A stretch of DNA of 64,000 nucleotides from Octopus sinensis. Its lineage: Eukaryota. The position numbers and the translations under genes were made by a program. The notes under the pieces were generated by a model. The model did no database searches, had not been told where the DNA came from, and worked only from the letters and a program-made list of their open reading frames with translations. Where the stretch lies: contig NC_043021.1 in the NCBI RefSeq assembly GCF_006345805.1, positions 10,416,001 through 10,480,000 of the forward strand. Direction: 5' to 3'. Shown piece by piece: positions 51,080-64,000 of the stretch; position 1 is the stretch's first letter, and the number at the start of each line of letters is the position of its first letter.

Positions 51080-51287
51080 CGGTGGTTTCCAAAGTCGACA
51101 GTCCTTGAAGAAAAGTGGGGCGACAATGGACTGGTCAAAAGGGGCATTGGACATAAAACCAACAAAATAATGGGTAAATTAGGTTAAGTTTTATTTTGAA
51201 TTTGCTGCAGAAAGTGGGTTGAGGGGCACTAGGAACATAGCCTAGATGCCAAGGGGGCGGCAACCCCAAAACGTATGGAAACCCCTG
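51080..51287. mobile_element. hAT MITE
   Basis: Seen: ends CGGTGGTTTCCA / TGGAAACCCCTG; 8-bp TSD GTGTAACT / GCGTAACT (one mismatch). Confidence 0.75.
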
Positions 51288-51827
51288 GCGTAACTGTTAC
51301 ATTATACCATGTCTAAGCCAGTGTCTAAGACAGTCTAACCATCACATTGTCTATGGCCTTTCATAGTAGATATGGTGTGTATCAAAGCAGATACACTCTT
51401 CTAAGTCATAATCAGTCGCACATCTGAAGTCGTGTCCTGACAATAATACTATGTCAAACACAATCATGCCTAAGGTGTGTCTTGACTGCCGCACTTTTAA
51501 CACGTTCTGACAGTCAAACTCAACTGCGCTTAGGACATGTTTACAACACTAATACACCTGAGCCCTTGTCTGTCTGGTAGGTACACAATACCACACCCAA
51601 GACATGTTTTAACTAACACACTTTATTACATGCACTGACTAACGTGCTAAATATATATATTCTCTCTTAAAGCATATGGCAATTTGTTTACATAGAACAA
51701 TGTTTAAATTTACCATTATATACCTTTATATATATATATATATATATTTTATATAATATATATATTTATATATATATATTTATATATATATATATATACA
51801 CATATATGTTTGTTAGGCTGTTTGTAT

Positions 51828-51887
<60 letters not shown>

Positions 51888-52429
51888 AGCATATATTTAT
51901 ATATATGCTTATTAGGCTGTTTATATTGTGTGTGTGTGTGTGTGTGTGTGCTTGTTAGGCTGTTTGTATTGCGTGTTTGTGTGTGTATGTATATATATAC
52001 CAATCTATATGAATAATATTCTGCATCTTCTGCTTTGTAACCTGCTGAGCGATAGAGCTGAGTTGTTTATGACAAGACACTGAATAGAAGATGTAAGATG
52101 AGCTTCAGGAGGAGCATGGTGAGGTATACTGCACAAGGAGAACCCCCATGCTCATAGGAGTTACCAGAAATAGGAGTTAAAACTTCGTGACATCACACTC
52201 TGCCATCTTAAACAGGAAGCGTACATCAGACAATATTCCAAATATATAAGAGATGATCATAAGTGGATCATAGGTCTCTAGTTAGCCCTGGTGATGTATA
52301 ACCAATGACATTTGATTGTAGAGCCCCAGGGCTAACTGGAGACTAAACAACGGCAATTGTAACACTGAAATAGAAAGAAAAAAAAACTGAAGCAGGAAGC
52401 TAGGCTGAAGGTTTTTTTGTGGTTGGTTA

Positions 52430-52658
52430 TTAACCCTTTAGTGTTTAAACTGGCCAAATCTGGCTCAATATATTCTACATGTTTTATATTCAAACTGGCC
52501 ATATCTAGCCCCTCACACCTAACCTGCATTGACATTCTAAAAATAAGCAATCACATCATTGAAACCTCAATGCTTTAAGATAATGCATGATTTATTCAAA
52601 ACAATTTGAGTGAAAAAGCATTACATTCAACAGAGTAATCTGAACACTAAGGGGTTAA
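52430..52658. mobile_element. M1 TTAA MITE
   Basis: Seen: TTAA-CCCTTTAG ... CTAAGGGG-TTAA. Confidence 0.85.
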
Positions 52659-53084
52659 TGTCCTCACTCACAGTTTGTGAGTCTAGTCTGGTGGTTTGAG
52701 TGTTGCACTCATGATTGTAAGATTGTGGTTTCAATTCCTGGATTGAGTGATGCATTGCGTTCTTGCTCAAACACTTCATTTTATATTGTTCCTGTCCACT
52801 CAACTGTAAATAAGTAACCCTGTGATGGATTGGCATCCTATTCAAGGCAAATGTTATGACCTGTCACTTGTATACCATGGGGACAGGGTTACTGGCCCTA
52901 TGACTGAGACAGTCATCATCATTTAACTTCTGTTTTCCATGCTGGCATGGGTTAGATGGTTTGATTGGAGCTGGTTAGCTGAAGAGCTGCACCTGGCTCC
53001 AGTAGTCTCTTTTGCTTTGGTTTCTACGACTGAATGCCCTTCCTAATGCCAACCACTGCACAGTGTACTGAGTGTTTTTTACAT

Positions 53085-53875
53085 GTCACTGGCACAGGTG
53101 CCTTTTTCGTGTCACCGGCATGGGTGCCTTTTTCATGTCACCGGCATGGGTGCCTTTTGCGTGTCACCGGCATGGTGGCCTTTTATGTGTCACCGGCATG
53201 GTTGCCTTTTGTGTGTCACCGGCATGGTTGCCTTTTGTGTGTCACCGGCATGGTTGCCTTTTGTGTGTCACCGGCATGGTTGCCTTTTGTGTGTCACCGG
53301 CATGGGTGCCTTTTGCGTGTCACCGGCATGGTTGCCTTTTACGTATCACCGGCATGGTTGCCTTTTGTGTGTCACTGGCATGGGTGCCTTTTACGTATCA
53401 CCGGCATGGTTGCCTTTTGTGTGTCACCGGCATGGGTGCCTTTTGCGTGTCACCGGCATGGTTGCCTTTTGTGTGTCACCGGCATGGTTGCCTTTTGCGT
53501 GTCACTGGCATGGGTGCCTTTTGTGTGTCACCGGCATGGTTGCCTTTTACGTATCACCGGCATGGGTGCCTTTTGCATGTCACTGGCATGGTTGCCTTTT
53601 GGTGTGTCACCGGCATGGTTGCCTTTTGTGTGTCACCGGCATGGTTGCCTTTTGTGTGTCACCGCATGGTTGCCTTTTGTGTGTCACCGGCATGGTTGCC
53701 TTTTGTGTGTCACCGGCATGGTTGCCTTTTGTGTGTCACCGGCATGGTTGCCTTTTGCGTGTCACCGGCATGGGTGCCTTTTGTGTGTCACCGGCATGGT
53801 TGCCTTTTACGTATCACCGGCATGGGTGCCTTTTGCATGTCACTGGCATGGTTGCCTTTTGTGTGTCATCGGCAT
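53085..53875. repeat. 26-bp minisatellite (GTGTCACCGGCATGGTTGCCTTTTGT, about 30 copies) inside a family C retroposon
   Basis: Seen: units at 53161 and 53187 (period 26); the family C body lies upstream at 52915-53085. It explains ORFs 53034, 53072 and 53083. Confidence 0.95.
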
Positions 53876-54662
53876 CGACCAATAAGTATGCTTCCAACTT
53901 TCTCAGGAACACTCAGTTCAAGAGGGGGTCCCTAGGTTCTAAACGGCTCCGTCTGCTTGGCACTGGAACTCTAGGCGAGGCTCCGTCTCCAAAGGGTTAA
54001 AATTGTAAACCAGTATTTCTCAGCCTTTTTTGACTTAATTGTGCACTGTAGATCAAAGTGACTATTATTAGAGCACTTAAAATAGAAAAATAATTTTTTT
54101 CAGAAAACCTGTTTGAAAGGGAAAACTTAAAAAGAATTATAAAGGAAACTATTGACGACCTTGAGTTATGAACTTTTTTACCATGGGTGTCACCTTGTGC
54201 AGTATACTTACACTGTAATTGTATGAACCTAAAATGTGTCATCATTTAATCTCTGTGGACCAAAAACCATTCAGTATTTTTACATGTAACTTTTGTCGTT
54301 TATTTACATTGTGATCACATGTCTACTGGTAAATAATGTATGTACGGTGTGCCAACAAAGCAGTCACTGAGCCAACTCATGTCATATAGTCTGGCTATTG
54401 CCATGGAGAAGAATATCTAAACAGCTGCACAAAGCATAACTTGCAAACGCTTAAAAGTCTAACAATATACACCATTCAATTATATATACAGCAATTAACT
54501 ACAACATTCAAACTTTTTAGCTCTTATTTCTAACGGTGTAGGTGTTTTAACACCCTAGTCATATCTAATAATATAGTTTTTCCTTTTTGGTAAAACATTG
54601 CACACTGTTGTCTATATTAAAATATTATATAATATATATATTAATATGCATATTATATATAT

Positions 54663-54704
<42 letters not shown>

Positions 54705-55064
54705 CCAAACGTCCCCCCCCCATCCATTGGATGGTGCACAGTTGTCAAACATTTAAACCAAATTTTCTCAAAACAACTTGTCTGACCGCCCCATTGGCCT
54801 CCCCTTTGAGAAACACTGATTTAACCTAAATTTGAGACACCAGCAAAAGAAGAAATAAAGATAGACTGTTTTTCTATTTCAAAGAAAAACGATTTCCCAT
54901 GGCTTTATCGATCGCATTCTCACCTGGAATTGAGTTTTGTAATTTTTTTCAAGATTTATACACGCCCTGATACCGTAGGTATCTACATATCAAATTTGAG
55001 CACAATCGGATGGAGGATGCCCGAGATCTCAGGAGACACACACACAGACAGACTGAACAGATTT

Positions 55065-55104
<40 letters not shown>

Positions 55105-55366
55105 TTCTGTAAATGAAAACCTTACCTGTCATTGTGGTTTTGTGGCACAGAGCAAAGCAGGCCTGGCTGTTCACTCAAGAAAACACATAATAAATGACCA
55201 GAAGTTCTTGTGCAAACTGAGTCCTCAACTTATTCCATTTGCCAGAAGGTTTGCAAGGCACCAGTAGGCCTCAAGAGACACAAATGGGTCCTTAGAACAT
55301 GATTACTACTTTAATTTACTGAACCCTCATTTATTGTTCACAACAAAAGAGTCCATCATAAATTTA

Positions 55367-55932
55367 TTGGGTTGTCCGGAAAGTTTGTGCCAATTTTTAA
55401 AGGAAAGAAAAAGGTCAATAAATACTTGCCATTACATTTTTAATCAACTAAATATGAACCATTTTGTTGCACAATGCGTCTCCATCTTTCCTTTAACTTG
55501 AAAATACCCTCTTCCCAGAATTGAGGTGGTTTCATGGCAAAGAATTCATCAAGGTATCTTTTTACATCATCCAAGGAATTGAAATTTTTACCATTAAGAC
55601 TATTCTGCTGAGACATGAATAAGTGGAAATCCGAAGGAGCAGTATCTGGTGAATATGGAGGGCAGGGTAACACATCCCAGCCGAGCTGCAGCAATTTTTG
55701 TCTGGTTCCCAAAGCATCAAGTGCCGAAAATGAACTTTCTTATCTTCCATTTTAAAGGGTTACAGAATTAACACAGGTTATAGGAACATAAACCTTCTTC
55801 CATGAAAAGATAGCTTAAACTGTGCTCTAAATGGAGGTGTAGTGAAATCCTATTTTATGGACTCAACCATGTTCTAAAATAAGTCAAGAGGTAAGCTACT
55901 ATAAATCGGCACAAACTTTCCGGACAACCCAA
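55367..55932 (-). mobile_element. Internally deleted mariner transposon (566 bp) retaining the transposase C-terminus
   Basis: Seen: 30-bp TIRs TTGGGTTGTCCGGAAAGTTTGTGCC(A/G)ATTT at 55367-55396 and 55903-55932, TA on both sides. ORF 55440..55712(-) contains PYSPDTAPSDFHLF, the mariner YSPDLAPxD motif. Confidence 0.95.
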
Positions 55933-57819
55933 TATATATGTAACAACATGAACAAAAATGGAGAAAATCACATCTTTAATTGGTGATTACATCATACATT
56001 ACTGATAATTGTTTCTATCGTGCCAGCATATTTTGATTCGTGAAAGAAGTAGAAAATTCCAGTCAAATTAATATATCCAAAAATATATGCTAATACAAAG
56101 TTATCAAGGCAATCCAAAATGGGTTAAATTCAAAGTGAACTAAGAAAATATCTCTAATAGATGAGCGCACACAGACAGAACGTTATGAAGAAATATAATA
56201 TTCTAAGAAATGCCAGTTTAACATTTAACTTTTGATGACGTCAGTAGATAATGAATGAATAAAGAATAAACATTGGAATTCTATTTTCACAACAATTAGA
56301 GACATAGAAATGCTACATCATGACAATTAGTTAGCCATCTATTAAATATGCTAAAAGAGATTTTTAGAAAAATTATGCATATTAGATTATAGGCAAAGCA
56401 ATTATAATTAGTGGGTTATTTAGTATTAGATGTTAATTCTACTTGCATTTATTGGTATCTGATTGTTTTGGTATTCTTTTGTTCTTTTACTGGTTTCAAT
56501 CATTTGGCTGTGGTCATGCTGGAGCACTGCCTCAAACCGCTAAGTTATGGGGATGTAAACACACCAACACCAGTTATCAAGTGGTGATGGTGGAGGACAA
56601 ACACAGATACAAAAACACACAGATACACACACACACAAATATGTATAGGATGGGCTTCTTTCAGTTTCTGTCTATCAAATCCACTCACAAAGTTTTGGTT
56701 GGCCTGAGGCTATAGTAGAAGACACTTGCCCATGGTGCCACACAGTGGGATTGAACCTGGAACCATGCAGTTGAGAAGCAAGCTTCTTATCACACAGCCA
56801 CGGTTAACCAAATTTCTTTATCACAGTTTGGCTTCATCTGTAGAAGAAGCACTATTGACGCCATTTACCCAAGGTGCCATGGAGTGGGACCGAACCTGGC
56901 CATATGGTTGGGAAGCAGATTTCTTGCCAAACAGCTATGCTTGCACCTCTTATGTATATGTGTGTATGTATGTTGTGTTTTGTGTGTGTAATATTTGTAA
57001 ACAAATGGTTCCTTTTGTTGCCATTTGTTCCAGTTCTCCATGTAAGCATACCTGGGCTGTTTGTTGTTCAGATCAGCCCGGGCTTCACTGCTCGTGGGGC
57101 TGAGAAAAGCAAACCGTCAAAGTATCGGTTACTCTCTGACAGACTTATGGTTGAGCCAGTGGCAGTGGAGGCCTCTGGTGTCCTCAGCTCCTGAACCACA
57201 TTCCTGCTCACTGCTATCAGAGCAGGAACGTCTGTCCGCAAGTGCAAGCCCTGTGAGATGTTTGTGTTTGGGTAAATGGTGCTAAGTTGAAACCTTTCAA
57301 CATGTGTGTTGGACTTTGGCAGGGTGTGTATGGTCACCTCTCCTTTCCATAATTTCTATGATCTGGATTGACATCCGCAACTGTTGTGGTAGAGGTGGTT
57401 CACAGTCGGTGGATTTAAGGAGAAATTTGGCTGTTGTTTCTTGGACATTGAATGACAACATAGAGGCTTTCTCATTCTCATTTGGTTTCTTCTGTATTGT
57501 AGGAGTTGGTCTTGGCAACTTACTGACAGCTGCTGCTTTCTTCAGGGAAAAAAACTATATAATTTTATTTTTAAAAAATCAAGCAAACAAATAGAAGCAA
57601 AAATCTAAAATCCTACACTCTATTCTATTGATTATCTAATCAGACAATTTTCTTGATGAAAAGCCGTTGTCCTTGAGAAAGTGTTTTATTTTGGCACAAT
57701 TCATATGTATTGTATCATATTCTTGAATGTTATTGATTTGATTTTATAGATCTGGTAGTTCTGAGATTATTATGGCAAACAAAATAGGACAGAAGAAATT
57801 GTATAAAAATAATAATAAT

Positions 57820-58063
57820 TATAATGGTTCTTTCTAATTTTGGCACAAAGCTAGCAGGTTTTGAGGGGAGGGGACAGTTGACTACATTGAACCCAGTGCT
57901 CAACTGGTACTTATTTAATCGAGCCTGAGAGGATGAAAGGTAAAGGCAACCTTAGGGGCCATTTGAAGTCAGAATGTAAAGAGCTGGAAGACATGTCACT
58001 AAACAGTTTGTCCAGCACAGTAACAATTCTGGCTGGTCATTGCTTTTATCATTATGATTATTA

Positions 58064-58120
<57 letters not shown>

Positions 58121-58550
58121 GTAGTAGTAGTAGTAGTAGTAGTAGTATTGAAGTAGCAAGCTGGCAGAAGTATTAGCACACTGGGCAAAGTGCTTAACTG
58201 TATTTCGTTCTTCTTTACAATCTTAAGTAGAAATTCCTTTGAGGTCAACTTTACCTTTCACCCTTTTGGGGTTGATGAAATAAGTACCAGTTATGCACTG
58301 GGATCGATACAATCGACTAGCCTCTTCCCCCAAATTTCAGGCCTTGTGCCTTTAGTAGAAAGGATTATTACTACTATTATTATTATTACTATTATTATTA
58401 TTATTATTATTATTATATTATTATTATTATTAATATGGCAGCAAGCTGGCGGAATCGTTAGTATGTTGGATAAGATGCTTAGTGGTATTTCATCTGCCTT
58501 AACATTCTGAGTTCAAATTCCGCTGAGGTCGACTTTGCATTCCATCCTTT
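57820..58550. mobile_element. Divergent SINE family A pair around an (ATT)n/(AGT)n tract, plus a third copy
   Basis: Seen: (-) 57820-58030, triplet repeats 58035-58148, (+) 58155-58360 and (+) 58435-58550. Confidence 0.75.
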
Positions 58551-59649
58551 TTCTCCTTTTCCTTTTCTTCTATTCGTTTTTTCTTTTCCTTTCCTCCTTA
58601 TTCTTCATTCCACTACCACCACCACCGCCATCTGCTCATTCCCCTCCTCTCCCTTCTTTGCAATGGTGGTGATTCTCTTTCTGGATTTACTCCTCCCATT
58701 TCTCTTAATCCTTTACTTTCTTAACAGACCTTGAACAAAAAAAAAAAAAATCATTATAATAGACATATATAATGTAGTGACATATATAGTAGTAGCTGTG
58801 GGGTAAGTAGCTTGCTTCCCAACCACATCGTTCCGGGTTCAGTCCCACTGCGTGGCACCTTGGGCAAGTGTCTTCTACTATAGCCTCGAGTCGACCAAAG
58901 CCTTGTGAGTGGACTTGGTGGATGGAAACTGAAAGAAGCCGGTCATATATGTATTTGTGTGTCTGTGTTTGTACCCCCACCATCACTTGACAACCGATGT
59001 TGGTGTGTTTACATCTCCGTAACTTAGCGGTGTGGCAAAAGAGGTCAATAGAATAAGTACTGGGCTTAAAATGAATAATTTGTTCGACTAAAGGTGTTGC
59101 TCCAGCATGGCCACAGTCAGACTGAAACAGTTAAAAAAGTATATTAAAACAACACAAAACAAAAAACTATTCCCTGTATTCTAACATACTTCTGAAATAC
59201 TTCATCACTATAAGAGGCCTACAAAGGCATGCAAGTGGTATGAAAATGACCTATAAATAACAGATTATATTATTCATAACACATCTAACTTCAAGGTTAA
59301 TGAGTTACAGGAAGTTTGGTACAATTTTACCTGAGACTGTTTTCAGTTGCAGGCTTAATTCATACATTTTTTTTTTCTTTCTTGGCTTTTTTTTTTTCTT
59401 ACATGTTGTTACTTGTAGTATTTGCTGATTTTCTACACAGTGTTAGTGTTAAGGAAGCTTGGTCTTCTTTCTCATGTTACTTCCATTTCTTCACCTGCTG
59501 CTATTCGGAAAAAATTGTTAGTATTTATATATTTATTAGTCTGTTTTTTGAAACCAGGAAAATACTGTCTGTCTATAAGCATGATGCACTAAACAGTTAC
59601 ATAAATATAAAAAAATTGCTTTATTATTATTATTATTATTATTATTATT

Positions 59650-60446
59650 GAGAGAGCAGTGCATGCCATCAAAGTGACACTGGGGTAAAATATACAAAGC
59701 CCAGTAAACCCATCATGACTACCCGTCTGATAAGGGTACACCAGGCACATGCATATGTGAGCGATATGGGGATCTCATATTAAGATAAACAGTGCATGAC
59801 CTTGCAGATGGGATCCAGTTAGAATTTTCTTCAGGTTGAGTATCCTATCCCACTCAAAAGGTCCCTGAATAAGGGTTATTATTATTATTATTGAGTGAGA
59901 GAGCAGTGCATGCTATCAAAGTGACACTGGGATAAAATATACAAAGCCCAGTATACCCCTCATGACTACCAGTCTGATAAGGGTACACCAGGCACATGCA
60001 TCACGACCATATGTGAGTGATATGATGATCTCATTTCAAGATAAACAGTGCATGACCTTGCAGGTTGGACCCAGTTAGAATTTTCTTCAGGTTGAGTAGC
60101 CTATGCCACTCAAAAGGTCCCTGAATAAGGGTTGTTTAAGGCTGTTGAATGGAACATCCATGTTTCCAAAGGTGAATTATCCAAACACCAAATAATTCCT
60201 CTCAACACATGGCTATGATGCTCCCCCATTACTCCTGCTCATGATCAGAGATGCACATATCGTCAGCCACTAAGGGACATGCTCAACTGGTTACGGTCAA
60301 ACAACTGACAAGTAAATCTCTGGTATTGATCAGAATATTTGCTGTAGCCCATTTTTTATACCAAGACAAAACAATGTACATGATAATACTTCCAATCAAT
60401 TAAGATCAGAAGACATGAGAACCACTGCCTGGTACTGCATCAGGGC
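59650..60446 (-). mobile_element. Retroposon family F with (AAT)n tail and a tandem duplicate of its 3' 230 bp
   Basis: Seen: 59650-59878 repeats 59895-60132; both are preceded on the plus strand by (ATT)n. Confidence 0.7.
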
Positions 60447-60561
60447 AATTATTATTATTGCAATAATTATGCACCAACCCAATAATAACAATAATAATAG
60501 CAATAATAATAATAATTATTATTGTTATTATTGTGTTTACATTTGTATATACTAATACATA

Positions 60562-60595
<34 letters not shown>

Positions 60596-63439
60596 CTCCT
60601 TTCATGAGAATGTATGTGTATGTAAGAGGAAGGCAGCTAAAGAGGGAATGAAATTTTTGTTAAAGAGTTAGAGATGTAGTAAGAGGTTTTCATTCATAAT
60701 TTTTGATGAACAAGTCACTGAATTTGTAAACAAACTTTTATAGAACTCTGTGTGTGTGGTGTCTCCATGTGCATGTGTGTTAGCCTTTATCAATGTCATG
60801 TCTTTTTGCCTAAGTGTTGTATATATATATATATGTATGTGTCTCTAAGGGCGTCTGTGTCTTTTCGTATCTGTGTGTGTGCTGTTTGTATGATGAATGA
60901 CTTGTCTTTGTAACTAGGAGTTGCAAGTATTATTGTTTCTGCGTGTGTGTGTGTGTAATTTTGATGTGTGTATGTGGGTTCTTTTAATTTTCTTTGTCAT
61001 CAGAAATGAAAACTTTTATGTAATGTGTTGGTATGATAATGAATAAAATACTTTTGTTTTGTGGTTTCTAAGGATCAAATTCACTTGAAATTAGAATTTT
61101 TTCTATATGTACAATGGCTTGTGTCTGTAGGCATATAGGTTGAAACATTTTATTGTGACAATGTGTAGTTTAGTCTAAAAATAAGGAACACAATAACAAA
61201 CAAGATTTGAATTTTAGTGAAATTGTAGTCAAAATTGTAGTTTCAAGTAACTGGCACCCGTGCCGGTGGTACATAAAAAGCACCCTTCGAACATAGGGCC
61301 TCACGGAGGCAATGATTAGTGATCAAAACCTTTGGCAATATGCTGTGCTTGCAAAGACCAGTCAAGCCAAGTGAAATTGTAGTCTTAGCCGATGCTGGTG
61401 TCAAGTATCTGATAACAGTGCTGGTGGTACATAAAAAGCACCCATTACACTATTGGAGTGGTTGGTGTTAGGAAGGGCATCCATCTGTAGAAACCATGCC
61501 AAGTCAGATTGGAACCTGGTGCAGCTCTCTGGCTTACGAGTTTCGGTCAAATCATCTAATCCATGCCATCATAGAAAGCAGATGCTGAATGGTGATGATG
61601 ATGATAGATAGGCAGGATCAGTAGTGCATTGCACAAAATGCCTTGTAATATCAATCCTAGCTCTTTATGTTCTGAGTTCAAATCCCACTAATAGCAACTT
61701 TGCCTTTTGTCTTCATGGTAACAATAAGAAACAGATATCTTCCACCAAACCTTAGTCACAATTTATATTCCTAACACTAGCTTAATGATAACTAAATTAT
61801 TTTACTAAATTCTTTGTTATATTTAACCCTTTTGATATCAACCTGGCTGAAACCTCCTCTGGCTCTGTAGTACAAATGTCTTGTTTTCAAAAGTTCTGAA
61901 TTAAAATCTTCCACCAAAACTTAGTCACAATTTATGTTCCTAACACTAGCTTATCTAAGTTATTTTACTAAATTCTTTGTTATATTTAAAATTAATTCAA
62001 AGAAACACAGTGTCGCACCAGAAATATGGTAATCAAAGGATTAAGTATGGGTCGTGGTGATGTGGGATTTTGACTATACACTGTCAACAACATCAAGCAG
62101 AATTGGCAGTGTCAAAACAAATGAGTGGAAGCATGTTCCCTATTGGCTAAAGTGTTAAACTTACAATCTTTAGGCTGGGTGTTCGATTCTTGGACCGAGT
62201 GGCTGATTGTGTTCTTGAGCAAGGCACTTCTATTTCGCATTATTTTAGTTCATTCAGTGGAATATGACTATCAGCAAAAGCTGGATCAATCCTGTGACAG
62301 ATTGGCATTCTTTACAGGGGTGTCATGCACTCTCGATGGTTGAACATAATAGAAACCCGGATAAGCTTCTGTAACATAAGGCAGACTTTAGACTAAATGA
62401 CTCTGACAGCATTTAGTTACATCTATTTACATTCCGAAGTTTAACTTTTTGACTGCGTAATTAAATTTCATGGTCATTGCCATTAATGATGTTAATTATC
62501 CACTAAAAGATAGAATAGATATTTTCTGCTTCTACAAAAAAACATATCTATTCTTGCAGAAGATGCTTTTTCAGTATCTCCTGTAAATACAGTTTTCATA
62601 TCTACCACTAAAAGTGTTTGATTCTTGCTCTGTAAAAGAGATATTAGCTGATGTGAAAAAAATTAAGAAAACCTAAAAAAAAATCATCTTTCAAAAAGAG
62701 TGGCACTCAAAGTATCTCTGCTTCTCACAAGAAAGTTCAGTCCCACTGCATGGCACCTTGGGCAAGTGTCTTCTACTATAGCCTCAGGTCGACCAAAGCC
62801 TTGGTAGACAGAAACTGAAAGAAACCCGTCGTATATATGTATGTATATGTATGTATATATATGTGTGTGTGTGTATTTGTGTATCTGTTTTTGTCACCCC
62901 AATTGATAACCGATGCTGGTGTGTTTACATCCCTGTAACTTAGCGGTTCAGCAAAAGAGACCGATAGAATAAGTACTAGGCTTACAAAGAATAAGTCCTG
63001 GGGTTGATTTGCTCGACTAAAGGCGGTGCTCCAGCATGACCATAGTCAAATGACTGAAACAAGTAAAAGAGTAACAGATGGGTCAAATGACAACCTTTTT
63101 CTTTTTTCTAAAGTTGTGGGGTAATACCACTTTCCATAGTTAACAGTATCAAAAATTTGAGCAGATTTATTTGCTTTCCATGTTCAAAGGGTTAGCCCTG
63201 TAGTGTTCAGAGTATTCTATCAAACATAATGCTTACTGATTCATGCATCATCTCGTATCCTTGAGATTTAGATGATGTGATTGTTTAATGTAGAATAACA
63301 TTGTTGGTTAGGTGTGAGAGCCTGGATCTGGTCAGTTTGAACATGAAACAGATGGAATATTTTGACTATGTTCTTTTTTTTTTTTTTTTTGGCATCCTTT
63401 TGTCCCAGGAGACAATGGAGTTGGGCATAAACTAATCCA

Positions 63440-64000
63440 GTCTGGTTTTTACATTTCATGTCCTCTCCAGTTTTGTGCAGGCCTGGGCTAGATGTAAGAA
63501 AATCCTGGGTAGCCCAATCGTCAGGATTTCCTCTCTCGACCTTGCTGACATAGTCCAAAGGAGTGCAGGGCATTACGTTTGGCACCAGCTTTGGTTGCAG
63601 GAGCTGCTGGAAGAGTGTCGAGACGAACACTAAACCGCCTACAAGGCTCTACTCTGGATTTCTTTGAAGGTTGTCTCCTTCTTGTAACCCTGGATAGGGG
63701 CCCATACCGGGTACTGTCAGCCGGAGCCAGCTGAGCCTGGGACTCGTGTCAGGCATTGTCGTCACTCCCTGAAGTAGTGGAGAAAATCGCTACCCACTAC
63801 CTAAATTAGGGCTCCACTCTGGATTTCTTTGAAGGTTGTCTCCTTCTCGTAACCCTGGATAGGGGCCCATACCAGGTACTGTCAGCTGAGCCTGGGACTC
63901 GTGTCAGGCAAGGTCGTCACTCCTTGAAGTAGTGAAGAAAATTGCTGCCCACTACCTAAATTAGGGCTCCGCTCTGGATTTCTTTGAAGGTTGTCTCCTT
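63440..64000 (-). mobile_element. Probable 5' region of an RTE-type LINE with tandem 155-165 bp units (runs off the window)
   Basis: Seen: units begin at 63645, 63810 and 63965. The RTE 5'-UTR assignment rests on recalled similarity only. Confidence 0.45.

Larger units (their letters stand above)
11532..64000 (+). other. Probable very large intron 1 of the ACAP gene (runs off the window)
   Basis: Seen: canonical donor at 11532. No AG-bounded exon encoding the next ACAP BAR segment (about LEEVExDVxELExKLxK) was found by eye. Inference; a short exon could have been missed. Confidence 0.6.

Noticed and set aside
53034-54000. Three overlapping ORFs of about 290-305 aa, and a CRISPR-like look of the repeat
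   Set aside because: Contiguous 26-bp units with no unique spacers; the period is not a multiple of 3; all three frames are open and give permutations of one peptide; no cas genes; eukaryotic context.
63645-63965. Twister or HDV-like ribozyme assignment for the tandem unit (GGTTACAAG motif on the minus strand)
   Set aside because: The required pseudoknot and P2 pairings could not be placed in the correct order; kept only as an unclassified structured candidate.

Overview
Eukaryotic, AT-rich, microsatellite- and repeat-dense genomic DNA. The repeat repertoire resembles what I recall of octopus genomes (inference, not checked by search). The only host-gene coding sequence I can support is a 53-nt first coding exon at 11479-11531 (+), MRPVIEFRECLKDSPYF(R) followed by GTAAGT. 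It matches the N-terminal BAR-domain start of ACAP/centaurin-beta Arf-GAPs. I found no exon 2, so 11532-64000 is probably all intron 1. The rest is transposon-derived: four abundant SINE-like families, mariner, hAT and piggyBac-type MITEs with clear TIRs/TSDs, CR1- and RTE-type LINE remnants, a Helitron-like element, foldback elements and minisatellites. Nearly all supplied ORFs are artefacts of simple repeats. The most interesting signal is about nine minimal type-I hammerhead-ribozyme-like motifs from at least four sequence families, mostly next to (TA)n tracts. They sit in Penelope-like/retrozyme-like repeats; one (24375-24426) has an intact catalytic core. A second is a SINE family whose insertions recur at GGTATT, including into its own internal GGTATT. 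All coordinates were read by eye and repeat boundaries are approximate; no database searches were run.
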